Positions 28,632 to 38,328 are shown, counted from the stretch's first letter. The stretch: DNA of 64,000 nucleotides from an uncultured Chloroflexia bacterium (GCA_963721445.1 CAVRIZ010000008.1:232913-296912), one strand, 5' to 3'. A program made the numbers and translations. The notes: a model not told the origin generated them from the sequence alone.

Positions 28632-29561
28632 TTGGCTAACATCATCACAGACCGGTTGGTAAGCCATTTTGGCGAGCGCCTGGAACAGCATGTTTCACTC
28701 GGGCGTTATACCTCCGCGCGTGTTGGTGGCTTGGTTGATGGCATGCTCGTGGCAAAATCGGCAAAAGAACTTGCCGATTTTATGCTTTACCTCTGGGCGG
28801 AAAAAATCCCTTGCATCGTTTTGGGTGGTGGATCCAACTTGCTCATAAGCGATGATGGTTTCCACGGAATCGCCGTACTCAATAGGTCCTCCGAATTTCG
28901 AATCGAAAAATCCGAATCGGAGGCTATTGTCTATTCCGAATCGGGTGTCAATTTTGGCAGCATGGCACGAAAAGTATCACTGGATGGCTGGTCCGGCCTG
29001 GAATGGGCAGCCGGTATTCCAGGGACCGTGGGTGGAGCGGTATACGGTAATGCGGGTGCTCACGGGGCAGATATGGCAACCACTCTGAAAGAGGTGGAAA
29101 TTCTTCTCCCCGATGGACGTCTCCACGATTGGTCGGTTACTGAGATGGAATATACCTACCGATCCAGCCGGTTAAAGAGTGAAAACAGCCAGGCAGTGAT
29201 CTTGAGCGCTGGATTAATCCTGCACCCTGCTCAACCAGAGGATATCCAGGCTCGGTTGGATGAATATCTGGATAAACGCAAGACCAGCCAGCCAGCGGGT
29301 GCAAGCCTCGGATCCATCTTCAAGAACCCGGAAGGCGATTTTGCTGGTCGGCTCATAGAAGAGGCGGGTCTCAAGGGAACCCGAATTGGTGGGGCTGAGA
29401 TCAGCAGTAAACATGGAAATTTTTTCTTGAATGATGAGAAGGCGAAGGCGCAAGATATTTATGACTTGATCCGCCTGGCTCAAAAAAAGGTGATGGAACA
29501 ATTTGGAATCGAACTAGAAACTGAAATTGAACTTCTCGGTAGCTTCAAGGATGGCAATTAA
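28632..29561 (+). CDS. murB: UDP-N-acetylenolpyruvoylglucosamine reductase MurB
   Basis: FAD-binding domain ([12 protein letters not shown]). C-terminal GSIFKNP and [15 protein letters not shown]. Confidence 0.9.
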   Translation: MANIITDRLVSHFGERLEQHVSLGRYTSARVGGLVDGMLVAKSAKELADFMLYLWAEKIPCIVLGGGSNLLISDDGFHGIAVLNRSSEFRIEKSESEAIVYSESGVNFGSMARKVSLDGWSGLEWAAGIPGTVGGAVYGNAGAHGADMATTLKEVEILLPDGRLHDWSVTEMEYTYRSSRLKSENSQAVILSAGLILHPAQPEDIQARLDEYLDKRKTSQPAGASLGSIFKNPEGDFAGRLIEEAGLKGTRIGGAEISSKHGNFFLNDEKAKAQDIYDLIRLAQKKVMEQFGIELETEIELLGSFKDGN

Positions 29562-30679
29562 TGGTAGCTAAGCTTAATGTGGGTGTAATTTTCGGTGGTC
29601 GATCCGGAGAACATGAGGTTTCGCTTATGTCTGCCCGGTCAGTTATGAATGTCATTGACCGCGAAAAATACCAAATTTTCCCGATTGCCATAACTCAGGA
29701 AGGTGCCTGGTGCTGGGGTATAGATGCGCTGGAACAATTATCTGCGAAACACTCGGAAAAATTATCCGCGGCTGCCATCTTCCCGGATGTATCCCGTCAT
29801 GGATTGTTCCAGATCCGATCCGAAGCAGGCAAAGAGCTGCTTGAAAAAGTCACCGATCTGGATGTCGTCTTCCCTGTCCTGCACGGAACCTTTGGCGAAG
29901 ATGGGACTTTGCAGGGATTATTCGAAATGACCGACATCGCGTATGTCGGCGCGGGAGTGTTGGGCTCGTCTGTCGGTATGGACAAGGGTTTGTTCAAAGA
30001 CCTGATGCGCGCGAACGGCATCCCGGTCGTCGATTCCATCCTTGTAACGCGTGCCATGATCCACAATGACATGAACAAAGTGATCGAACGGGCTGAAGCA
30101 CTTTCCGCCTATCCCCTTTTCGTCAAACCCGCCAATCTGGGCTCATCGGTCGGTATATCCAAATGCCGTACCCGTTCAGACCTGATGGAAGGGTTGATGG
30201 ATGCCGCTCGATTCGATCGCCGTGTGCTGGTTGAACGTGGTGTCGATGCCCGTGAAATTGAAGTGAGCGTCCTGGGCAATGACGATCCGAAAGCTTCCAT
30301 TGCAGGCGAAATTCGACCGGGCGCGGACTTCTACTCCTACGACGCGAAATATATCCTCGATAACTCCGAGCTCATCATCCCCGCTCCACTCAGCGACGAG
30401 TTGATGACAAACATTCGTAATACCGCTGTTCGTGCATTTCTCGCCGCGGATTGTGCTGGAATGGCCCGGGTGGACTTTTTACTCGAAAAAACAACCGGAG
30501 CGTTTTATCTCAACGAGATCAATACGATCCCCGGTTTCACCAAGATATCAATGTATCCGAAATTATGGGAAGCCTCAGGTCTCCCCTACCCGCAATTGAT
30601 CGACCGCCTGATCGGATTAGCCCTTGAACGCAAAGCTGACCGGGACGCCACTACCCGACAATACAGGAGGGAAGCATGA
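29561..30679 (+). CDS. ddl: D-alanine--D-alanine ligase
   Basis: [29 protein letters not shown]-grasp core, [11 protein letters not shown]. Confidence 0.9.
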   Translation: MVAKLNVGVIFGGRSGEHEVSLMSARSVMNVIDREKYQIFPIAITQEGAWCWGIDALEQLSAKHSEKLSAAAIFPDVSRHGLFQIRSEAGKELLEKVTDLDVVFPVLHGTFGEDGTLQGLFEMTDIAYVGAGVLGSSVGMDKGLFKDLMRANGIPVVDSILVTRAMIHNDMNKVIERAEALSAYPLFVKPANLGSSVGISKCRTRSDLMEGLMDAARFDRRVLVERGVDAREIEVSVLGNDDPKASIAGEIRPGADFYSYDAKYILDNSELIIPAPLSDELMTNIRNTAVRAFLAADCAGMARVDFLLEKTTGAFYLNEINTIPGFTKISMYPKLWEASGLPYPQLIDRLIGLALERKADRDATTRQYRREA

Positions 30680-31725
30680 CAACCACACTACGCCACTCCG
30701 CAAATCGAGCGGATCACGTCCGTTCACGGCGGGCGAAAGACATCAAACAACGGGTTGTCATAGCTACCGACAGCGCCCGGACACCCGGCCGCTATACGCC
30801 TATTACTACTCGCAATGAACCGGACACAGTTCCCATCCTGCAACAGGCGCATAAGAAAGGCCGTCGGAAATTCTATCTACCGCTCTCCGGTGGCGCCGAG
30901 ATCCGTCTGCCCGCCATAACCATCCTCAAGCCTGGCTGGCGATTGGTATCTTCCCTTATTCTGGTCCTTTGCGCTCTGGGTATTTACGCCATGTGGACGC
31001 TCCCCTTCTTCCGCATCAGTAATGTCAAGCTGATGGGAGCCAATCGAGTCACGCTGGAAGAAGTTCAAAAATTGGTACCCATGAATGGACAGCGGATGCT
31101 TACCATTCTGCCTGCACAAATTTCCCGAGTGGTTCAGAACGCATATCCTGTTCTTTCTGATGTGAAAGTCAGTCTCGGGTTCCCGGGGGTTGTGTATGTT
31201 CGGGTACAGGAACGTGAACCCGTGCTGCAATGGCAGCAGGGTGGCTCCACCCAATGGATCTCTGCGGATGGGATAGCCTTCGAACCAAAAGGCGAAGCCA
31301 AAGATCTGGTTACCGTCAATGCAGCAGGCGCACCTCCTACTGGAAAGATCAACCTGACCCTGGTATCACAGGAAACTCGAAAATCACTCGCCAGCCTGAT
31401 CATCAAACCGGAAGACCTTGTTGACCCGCTGGCTCAGCCATTGAACCCACCGCGTGCATTTATGGATCCTCAGATGATCCCCGCCATTCAGGCGATGGCT
31501 AAACAAATCCCTGAGGGTGTTCAACTGGAATATCACCCGACCTATGGTCTTGGATGGACAGATCCTCAGGGTTGGAATGTCTTCTTCGGATTGAATCCGA
31601 ATGATATGCCGCAGAAATTAACCATGTACCGTGAAATAATCGCGAAACTGGAAGCCCGGGGAGAAAAACCTTCCCTGATCTCGATGGAAAATCTCTACGC
31701 ACCTTATTACCGGATGGAGCAATAA
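30676..31725 (+). CDS. ftsQ: Cell-division protein FtsQ/DivIB-like
   Basis: Position between ddl and ftsA. Basic N-tail, single TM (LVSSLILVLCALGIYAMW), then POTRA-like NVKLMGANRVTLEEV. Confidence 0.75.
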   Translation: MTTTLRHSANRADHVRSRRAKDIKQRVVIATDSARTPGRYTPITTRNEPDTVPILQQAHKKGRRKFYLPLSGGAEIRLPAITILKPGWRLVSSLILVLCALGIYAMWTLPFFRISNVKLMGANRVTLEEVQKLVPMNGQRMLTILPAQISRVVQNAYPVLSDVKVSLGFPGVVYVRVQEREPVLQWQQGGSTQWISADGIAFEPKGEAKDLVTVNAAGAPPTGKINLTLVSQETRKSLASLIIKPEDLVDPLAQPLNPPRAFMDPQMIPAIQAMAKQIPEGVQLEYHPTYGLGWTDPQGWNVFFGLNPNDMPQKLTMYREIIAKLEARGEKPSLISMENLYAPYYRMEQ

Positions 31726-31727
31726 CT

Positions 31728-32963
31728 ATGGACGAACCGATTGTAGTGGGTATTGATGTAGGTACATCCAAAGTTTGCACTCTGGTCGCCAGGGTGGAAG
31801 GAGAACGCAGCCTGCGGATTTTGGGTGTGGGTATCGAACCTGCCCAGGGCATCAAGAAGGGAACAGTGGTGGATATTTCCGCCGCGACCCAATCGATTGC
31901 CCGCTCGGTGGAAAAAGCAGAGCGCTCATCCGGGCTGGAGATCACCTCGGCCATCGTCAGCCTGGCGGGATCACATGTCTCCTCCGTGAACAGCCGGGGA
32001 GTTGTGGGAATCGCCGGACGGGTGATCGATCATAACGACGTGGCTCGCGCACTCGAAGCCGCCCAGGCAGTCGCCATCCCCCATAACCGTGAGATCATCC
32101 ATGTCATCCAGCGCAGCTTTACGGTGGATGGACAGGATGGAATCCACATGCCGATCGGAATGCACGGTTTCCGTCTGGAAGTGGAAGCCCACATCATCAC
32201 CGCCGCGGCAGCCACAGTGGAAAATATTCGTCAGGCAGTCAGTTCTGCCGGCGTGCAAACAGCACAATTTGTACTCAACCCACTGGCATCGGGAGAGGTT
32301 GTCCTCTCTGAGACCGAACGCCAAATGGGTGCGGTAGTCGTCGATATCGGGGCTGGTACCACCAGTATGGCAGTATATATCGATGGCGATGTATGGCATA
32401 CCATGGTTCTCGGTGTCGGTGGCAGTATGATCACCAGCGACATCGCTCACGGCTTGCGATTACCCATCTCGCAGGCGGAAGAATTGAAACTACAGCATGG
32501 GTACGCCCAAATGGATGAAGTCACCGACGAAGATAAATTCACCATTCGGGCTTTCGGAGAAGATCAACCGATTCAGGTGAGCCGTAAGGAATTGGCTGAA
32601 ATCATCGAAGCGCGCACGGAAGAAATCTTCTCGCTGCTCCTGCAGGAGATCAAACGCAGCGGATATGATGGACTGCTGCCCGCAGGAATGGTTCTAACCG
32701 GAGGCACCAGCCAGATGCCCGGCATCCGCGGTTTGGCCAGCCAGGTGATGGGTCTGCCTGTTCGGGTAGCCCGTCCTGAAAACCTGCTTGGACTCACGGA
32801 TCAGCTATTGGCTCCACCGTATTCAACCAGCGTCGGTCTGCTCTACTGGGCGCTGATGATGAGCGAATCCAATCTTTCGCCCCAAAAACGCGGCTCGCTG
32901 CACAATCGCGAGCTGCTTCGCTGGGACCAGATCAAGGATTTCCTCAAACGATTGCTACCTTAA
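31728..32963 (+). CDS. ftsA: Cell-division protein FtsA
   Basis: Actin-like ATPase motifs VGIDVGTSKV, VVVDIGAGTTSMAVY, VLTGGTSQMPG. Confidence 0.9.
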   Translation: MDEPIVVGIDVGTSKVCTLVARVEGERSLRILGVGIEPAQGIKKGTVVDISAATQSIARSVEKAERSSGLEITSAIVSLAGSHVSSVNSRGVVGIAGRVIDHNDVARALEAAQAVAIPHNREIIHVIQRSFTVDGQDGIHMPIGMHGFRLEVEAHIITAAAATVENIRQAVSSAGVQTAQFVLNPLASGEVVLSETERQMGAVVVDIGAGTTSMAVYIDGDVWHTMVLGVGGSMITSDIAHGLRLPISQAEELKLQHGYAQMDEVTDEDKFTIRAFGEDQPIQVSRKELAEIIEARTEEIFSLLLQEIKRSGYDGLLPAGMVLTGGTSQMPGIRGLASQVMGLPVRVARPENLLGLTDQLLAPPYSTSVGLLYWALMMSESNLSPQKRGSLHNRELLRWDQIKDFLKRLLP

Positions 32964-33026
32964 AACTCGTAGCTAATTTCGGTTGCGTCAAAAATCATTT
33001 CGCATAGAATAAAAGAGGAGAATAAA

Positions 33027-34181
33027 ATGGATACTACTGCTCAATCAAACTCAGAATCATTTGCCCGCATCAAAGTTGTCGGAGTTGGTGGTGGAGGGTG
33101 CAATGCAGTCAATCGGATGATTGATGAAGGACTGCATGGCATCGAGTTCATCACCGTCAATACGGACGCGCAAGCCCTGCAGCTATCCAAAGCGCCGACC
33201 AAGGTCCGCATCGGTGATAAAACCACCCGTGGACTTGGCTCAGGCGGTAATCCGGACGTTGGCCGCAAAGCCGCTGAGGAATCTGCTGAAGAGCTCTACG
33301 AAGTCCTCAAAGGCAGCGATATGGTCTTCGTCACTGCCGGTATGGGCGGTGGCACCGGGACCGGAGCCGCTCCCATTATTGCTCAGATCGCCAAAGAAGT
33401 AGGCGCTCTAACCATCGGCGTGGTTACCCGACCATTCGCCTTCGAGGGATCCCGCCGCGCAGCGAATTCTGAAGCTGGCGCCACCCGTCTGAAGGAACAC
33501 GCCGACACCCTCATTGTCATTCCCAATGACCGCCTGCTCTCCATCGTCGATAAGCGCGCCAGCCTGCCGGAAGCGTTCAAGAAGGCAGATGATGTGCTCC
33601 GCCAGGGTATTCAGGGTATTTCCGAATTGATCACCGTCCCCGGACTGATCAACCTGGACTTCGCGGATGTACGCACCATCATGTCCGAAGGCGGCGCAGC
33701 CCTCATGGCTGTCGGTAACGCATCTGGTGAAGACCGCGCCCGCATCGCCGCGGAACAGGCTATATCCAGCGAACTGCTCGACATCACCATCAACGGCGCT
33801 CGCGGTATTCTCTTCAATGTGACCGGTGGAACAAACCTGACTCTTTTTGAGGTCAATCAGGCTGCCGCGATCATCAAAGAGACCGCCCACCCCGATGTGA
33901 ACCTCATCTTCGGCGCTGTCATTGATCCTGCCATGAAAGACGATCTGCGCATCACTGTCATCGCGACCGGGTTCGAACGCTCCGGGATCAAACCAGTGGA
34001 ACGAACCAAGCTGGTCGAGCAACCTCAGCCTATTCAGATATCATCTCAACCGGCTCGTGTTCTCCAATCCGTGGAAGTCGATCGACAATCAGTCCCCGCC
34101 ATGGTGGACTACTCTTCCAAGATTGTGAATACGGACGATCTCGAGATCCCGGCTTTCATTCGCCGCCGCCAGATTCGGTAG
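33027..34181 (+). CDS. ftsZ: Cell-division GTPase FtsZ
   Basis: Tubulin signature [10 protein letters not shown]; NTDAQAL; C-terminal [12 protein letters not shown] peptide. Confidence 0.95.
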   Translation: MDTTAQSNSESFARIKVVGVGGGGCNAVNRMIDEGLHGIEFITVNTDAQALQLSKAPTKVRIGDKTTRGLGSGGNPDVGRKAAEESAEELYEVLKGSDMVFVTAGMGGGTGTGAAPIIAQIAKEVGALTIGVVTRPFAFEGSRRAANSEAGATRLKEHADTLIVIPNDRLLSIVDKRASLPEAFKKADDVLRQGIQGISELITVPGLINLDFADVRTIMSEGGAALMAVGNASGEDRARIAAEQAISSELLDITINGARGILFNVTGGTNLTLFEVNQAAAIIKETAHPDVNLIFGAVIDPAMKDDLRITVIATGFERSGIKPVERTKLVEQPQPIQISSQPARVLQSVEVDRQSVPAMVDYSSKIVNTDDLEIPAFIRRRQIR

Positions 34182-34218
34182 TATCCATTTCAAGCTGTTT
34201 ATCAGTACTCAATTTTCT

Positions 34219-34245
34219 GGGCGCCCTCTCCTGCGGAGGGCGCTC
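34219..34245 (+). terminator. Hairpin after ftsZ
   Basis: GCGCCCTC tcctgcg GAGGGCGC, followed by TCTGTCATTGTTTC. Confidence 0.5.
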
Positions 34246-34286
34246 TGTCATTGTTTCATAGTCTCATTCTGGGGAGCACCCCACCA

Positions 34287-34384
34287 TGTCATTCTGAGCT
34301 GCGAAGCAGCGAAGAATCTCTCACAAATTCAGCTGATTCCATGCCAACGCAGAGATCCTTCACCCATTCGGGGTTCAGGATGAC
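34287..34384. repeat. Inverted pair of about 34-nt GTCAT(T/C)CTGA...GA(A/T)CTCT units (palindromic REP/MITE-like element)
   Basis: GTCATTCTGAGCTGCGAAGCAGCGAAGAATCTCT (34287-34320) versus the reverse complement of 34351-34384, GTCATCCTGAACCCCGAATGGGTGAAGGATCTCT. Each arm has its own small hairpin. Confidence 0.7.
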
Positions 34385-34407
34385 AGCAAAATCTGAGATC
34401 AGAGACC

Positions 34408-34540
34408 AGTAATAAGTGATTAGTAACAGGAGACCTGTAACCAGATTTCCGGTCTCAGGTCTCCGATCTCAGCTTTCTGTTTTCTACTTTCCAGTTTCTA
34501 GTTTCTGGTCTCTGGTTTCTGGTCTCTGTTTTCTTTCCCT
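34408..34540 (+). repeat. Degenerate heptanucleotide tandem array, 19 units in unbroken 7-nt register
   Basis: AGTAATA AGTGATT AGTAACA GGAGACC TGTAACC AGATTTC CGGTCTC AGGTCTC CGATCTC AGCTTTC TGTTTTC TACTTTC CAGTTTC TAGTTTC TGGTCTC TGGTTTC TGGTCTC TGTTTTC TTTCCCT. Confidence 0.85.
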
Positions 34541-34605
34541 TACATTAGAAACCTTAAATATTTGTTTATACGCAATTAATTTAAGAGTACTGTCGTTATT
34601 CTTGC

Positions 34606-34634
34606 TTGCTTTGTCCATACGCCTGTGCTAAAAT
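34606..34634 (+). promoter_or_regulatory. Candidate nrdR-nrdJ promoter (extended -10)
   Basis: TTGCTT (34606-34611), 17-nt spacer, TGcTAAAAT (34626-34634). Confidence 0.4.
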
Positions 34635-34671
34635 GTTGCCACGTAACTAAATAAAGGGGGTTTTCGTTGGG

Positions 34672-34691
34672 GTACCCCCATATACGGGGGT
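34672..34691 (+). promoter_or_regulatory. 20-bp near-perfect palindrome in the nrdR leader; candidate NrdR box
   Basis: TACCCCCATATACGGGGGTA (9 of 10 positions pair), with the central ATAT core typical of NrdR boxes, 27 nt upstream of nrdR ATG 34718. Confidence 0.35.
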
Positions 34692-34717
34692 ATGTTACTT
34701 AACCTGGAGGCGAATCG

Positions 34718-35167
34718 ATGAGATGTCCGTACTGCAACAGTTGGGATTCAAAAGTCATCGATACCACCCACGATGCCAAGGGAGGCGTCCGCCGCCGCCG
34801 GGAATGTGAGATCTGCAGCAAACGGTATAGCACCTACGAACGCGCCATCAAAACAGCGCCGCTCATCGTCAAACAGGACGGCTCACGCGAAGAATTTGAA
34901 CGCGAAAAACTTCTGCGCGGACTGCGAATCGCCTGTGCTAAACGACCTGTCTCAGCCGCCGATATCGACCGGCTGGTCGGTGAAGTGGAAACTCAGCTCG
35001 AAAAAATGGGAAAGGCGGAGGTAACATCCAGAACCGTGGGCGATCTTATCATCGCCGGCTTGAAACAATTGGACCACATCGCTTATATTCGGTACGCCAT
35101 TGTCTACCTCAACCTGGGGGACCTGCGTTCCATCCGTGATGAAATTGACCGCTTATTGGAAGGATAA
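34718..35167 (+). CDS. nrdR: Ribonucleotide reductase transcriptional repressor NrdR
   Basis: Zn ribbon MRCPYCNSWDSKVIDT...RRRRECEICSKRYSTYER plus an ATP-cone. Confidence 0.95.
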   Translation: MRCPYCNSWDSKVIDTTHDAKGGVRRRRECEICSKRYSTYERAIKTAPLIVKQDGSREEFEREKLLRGLRIACAKRPVSAADIDRLVGEVETQLEKMGKAEVTSRTVGDLIIAGLKQLDHIAYIRYAIVYLNLGDLRSIRDEIDRLLEG

Positions 35168-35279
35168 CTATTAATCGGAATCTACACCCACCACAACCAA
35201 GTCCGGCCTTCTGCCAACCCCTCCCCCACCCGCGGATCTTCCGCCGGTCCTACTGACCGAGAACGCACGCCAGGTTCTC

Positions 35280-37748
35280 ATGAAGAGATACGTCCGCCGC
35301 GGTGACGACGGGAAACCGTGTGAAACCGTCGAAGAGATGTTCTGGCGGGTCGCCTGGCATGTCGCCAAAGTTGAAGAACTCTGGCAGGGTGATGTCGACG
35401 CGCGCGCTCTGGAATATTATAAGCTCCTATCCACCAAGAAATTCTTCCCCAATTCGCCCACATTCACCGGCGCCGGCACTCCCCTGGGACAACTGGCAGC
35501 CTGTTTCGTGTTGCCGATCACGGATGATATGGGCAAAGATTCCGCCGGCATCTTCCAGACTCTGCGCGATGCCGCCCTCATCCAGCAGACCGGAGGCGGC
35601 AACGGCTTCAGCTTCTCGCGTCTGCGCCCGATGGGATCATTGGTGAAATCGTCCGCCGGACAGGCTACCGGACCGGTCGGATTCCTGCGGGTGTACGATC
35701 ACGCCTTCGGTGAGATCGCCCAGGGAGGGACTCGCCGCGGCGCGAACATGGCAGTCCTGCGCGTGGACCATCCCGATATTGAGAGTTTCATCGCCTGCAA
35801 GACGAATGAGAACGCCATCACCAATTTCAATATCTCGGTCGGAATAACCGATGCGTTTATGCAGGCTGTCGAAAACGACGGCGACTGGGATCTGGTCTTC
35901 CCCGATATTTCCAGCCCCGAATACCGCAAGTTCAAGGGTAATATCAATCAGGCCACCCAGGCTGGCATCCCCACCAAAGTGCACCGGACCGTCAAAGCGC
36001 GCGACGTCTTCAACCAGATCGTCACCCAGGCGCACAGGAACGGCGAACCGGGCGTGCTATTCCTGGATGCCGCCAACCGCTCCAACCCCGTCCCTCACCT
36101 ATACGCACTCGAAGCCACCAACCCATGTGGCGAACAATGGCTCGGACCTTACGAGAACTGCTGCCTCGGATCCATCAACCTGGCAGAGCATCTCGGTCCG
36201 GATGGCACGGTCAATTGGGAAGAACTGCGCCGCAGCGTGGTTTCGTCTGTTCTGTTCCTCGATGACGTCGTCGAAGCTAACGCGTATGTACCGGCTGTTC
36301 CCCAGTTGGAAAAAGCAGCCCATAATGCCCGCCGCATCGGACTCGGTATCATGGGGCTGGCCGACCTCATGTACCACGCCAGCATCCGCTACGGCGATGA
36401 GACCAGCCTGGAGTTCGCATCGCAGGTCATGGAATTTGTCCGCTATTATGCTATGCAGACCAGCATCGAACTTTCTGCCCAGCGCGGAGCCTTCCCGGCC
36501 ATTGACGGCAGCATTTATGATCCGAAGCAGCTTACCTGGCAGCCACCCATCCCCCTGATGGAATATGTTCACGATTGGGGTCGGCCAGCGCTCGACTGGG
36601 ACTCGGTCACTGCGGGGATCAAGAAAGTGGGCATCCGAAACGCCGCCCAGACCACCGTCGCACCCACCGGTACGATCGCCACGGTCGCCGGCTGTGAAGG
36701 CTACGGCTGTGAGCCGGTCTTCGCGCTAGCTTATATCCGACATGTCAACGACAACGGCAGCGACCTGCAGTTGAATTACGTCAGCCCCCAGTTCGAACAG
36801 GCGCTCGAAGCCGCCGGGTTGAACCCGGAAGTGCGCGAGGAGATCGTCGAGACGATCATGGCACACGGCACCTGCCAGGATATTGAAGAATTACCCGAAG
36901 AATTGCGCTACCCGTTCGTGGTGAGCGCCGACATCAGCGCGGATGAGCACGTCCGCATGCAGGCTGCCCTGCAAGCCTTCGTGGACAACAGCCTGTCCAA
37001 GACGATCAACTTCCCGCCCTACGCCACCCCGCAGGACGTGGCGACCGCCTACACCCTGGCGTGGAAGCTGGGCTGCAAAGGCATCACCGTCTATGTGACC
37101 GGCTCGCGCGAGAAGGTCGTGCTCGAGACCAACGCCACTGCCTCCGGTAAGCAGAAACTGCTGGATGCCGCCTCCGGTGAGATCACCTCAACCGACGGGC
37201 AGTTCCCGATCTGGCAGGAAGGCAAGAAGCCGCGCCCGCGCTCGCTGAAGGGCTACACCTACGTCATCGAGACGCCGCTCGGCAAGGCGTTTGTCACCAT
37301 CAACGAGAACGGCGGGGACCAGCCCTTCGAGGTGTTCATCAACACCGCCAAGGCCGGCTCGGATACCGCCGCGGTCTCTGAAGCGATCGGACGGTTGATC
37401 TCGTACATTTTGCGGCTCTCCTCCCCGGTGGAACCGCGCGCCCGCCTGAAGGAAGTCTTCCGCCAGTTAGCCGGCATCGGCGGCGGACGCTCGCTGGGAT
37501 TCGGTCCCAACCGGGTCCGTTCCCTGCCAGATGGCGTCGCGCACGCCCTGGATGAATACCTGGAACAGTATGTGGATACCAACGGGATCCGCATCTTCTC
37601 GAACCACGGCGTCAAGCCCGAAGCGGATCCTGCCGCCGACCAGATCATGCTCAAGATCGGCGACCTGTGCCCCGAGTGCGGCCAGGCAGCCGTGGTGAAC
37701 GAGGAAGGCTGCCGCAAGTGCTACTCCTGCGGGTATAGCGAGTGCTAG
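35280..37748 (+). CDS. nrdJ: Class II (adenosylcobalamin-dependent) ribonucleotide reductase NrdJ
   Basis: NPCGEQ active-site loop, TVAPTGT, C-terminal CPECG...[12 protein letters not shown] Zn-finger tail. The conserved N-terminal LTENARQVL lies in frame UPSTREAM of ATG 35280 (frame open from 35175), so the true start is unresolved. Confidence 0.9.
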   Translation: MKRYVRRGDDGKPCETVEEMFWRVAWHVAKVEELWQGDVDARALEYYKLLSTKKFFPNSPTFTGAGTPLGQLAACFVLPITDDMGKDSAGIFQTLRDAALIQQTGGGNGFSFSRLRPMGSLVKSSAGQATGPVGFLRVYDHAFGEIAQGGTRRGANMAVLRVDHPDIESFIACKTNENAITNFNISVGITDAFMQAVENDGDWDLVFPDISSPEYRKFKGNINQATQAGIPTKVHRTVKARDVFNQIVTQAHRNGEPGVLFLDAANRSNPVPHLYALEATNPCGEQWLGPYENCCLGSINLAEHLGPDGTVNWEELRRSVVSSVLFLDDVVEANAYVPAVPQLEKAAHNARRIGLGIMGLADLMYHASIRYGDETSLEFASQVMEFVRYYAMQTSIELSAQRGAFPAIDGSIYDPKQLTWQPPIPLMEYVHDWGRPALDWDSVTAGIKKVGIRNAAQTTVAPTGTIATVAGCEGYGCEPVFALAYIRHVNDNGSDLQLNYVSPQFEQALEAAGLNPEVREEIVETIMAHGTCQDIEELPEELRYPFVVSADISADEHVRMQAALQAFVDNSLSKTINFPPYATPQDVATAYTLAWKLGCKGITVYVTGSREKVVLETNATASGKQKLLDAASGEITSTDGQFPIWQEGKKPRPRSLKGYTYVIETPLGKAFVTINENGGDQPFEVFINTAKAGSDTAAVSEAIGRLISYILRLSSPVEPRARLKEVFRQLAGIGGGRSLGFGPNRVRSLPDGVAHALDEYLEQYVDTNGIRIFSNHGVKPEADPAADQIMLKIGDLCPECGQAAVVNEEGCRKCYSCGYSEC

Positions 37749-37752
37749 TGTA

Positions 37753-37912
37753 AGAATCCCCTTATGCTAAGGATCCCCCCTCCCCCCCCTTGATAAGGGG
37801 GGCTTTAGTAGTCCCCCTTACAAAGGGGGATTGAGGGGGATTCTTGTTCTGTCCCCCATATTAAGGGGATTTGCGTCTAGTCCCCCTTACTAAGGGGGAT
37901 TGAGGGGGATCA
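37753..37912. repeat. Cluster of five CCCC(C)TTA-N-TAAGGGG(G)-type hairpins, including a 32-nt direct repeat
   Basis: AGTCCCCCTTAC(A/T)AAGGGGGATTGAGGGGGAT at 37809-37840 and 37878-37909. Additional hairpins: CCCCCCTTGATAAGGGGGG, TCCCCCATATTAAGGGGA, CCTTATGCTAAGG. Confidence 0.8.
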
Positions 37913-37940
37913 TCTCACTGTTATGTTATAAAATTAACCC

Positions 37941-38328
37941 ATGCCCAAACTGATCCAATCCAAATTCTTCCTACCCTACAATCCCGGCCTCGAAAGAAAA
38001 AGCCCGCGCACTGCGTACCAACATGACCCCCGCCGAAAAGCGACTCTGGTACGACTACCTGAGCGGACACACTCCCCGCTTCCTGCGCCAACGCCCCATC
38101 GCCCAGTGCATCGTGGATTTCTACTGCCCGGAGCTCAAGCTGGTAATCGAGGTGGATGGCGACACCCATTTTTCGGACCAGGCGGAGAAGGATGACGCGG
38201 AGAGGACTCGAACGCTCGACAGCTATGGACTGAGGGTGATCCGCTTCACAAACCGGGATATTTTAAGCGGATTGGATGAGGTGATTCAGACACTCGAAAA
38301 CTCGATCGGTGAAGTCAGCGAAGAATAA
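37941..38328 (+). pseudogene. DUF559 (Vsr-like endonuclease fold) protein, +1 frameshift in an A5 run (37997-38001)
   Basis: MPKLIQSKFFLPYNPGLERK | ARALRTNMTPAEKRLWYDYL...FLRQRPIAQCIVDFYCPELKLVIEVDGDTH...GLRVIRFTNRDI. Confidence 0.75.

Noticed and set aside
34408-34540. The repeat arrays at 34408-34540 and 62961-63114 as CRISPR arrays.
   Set aside because: The period is 7 nt with no spacers. There are no 25-40-nt repeats and no cas genes in the window.
35168-35279. Cobalamin riboswitch or other riboswitch ahead of nrdJ.
   Set aside because: The interval is only 112 nt, is in frame with nrdJ, and encodes conserved N-terminal residues. I see no B12-box-like element. B12 riboswitches usually control B12-independent RNRs, not NrdJ.
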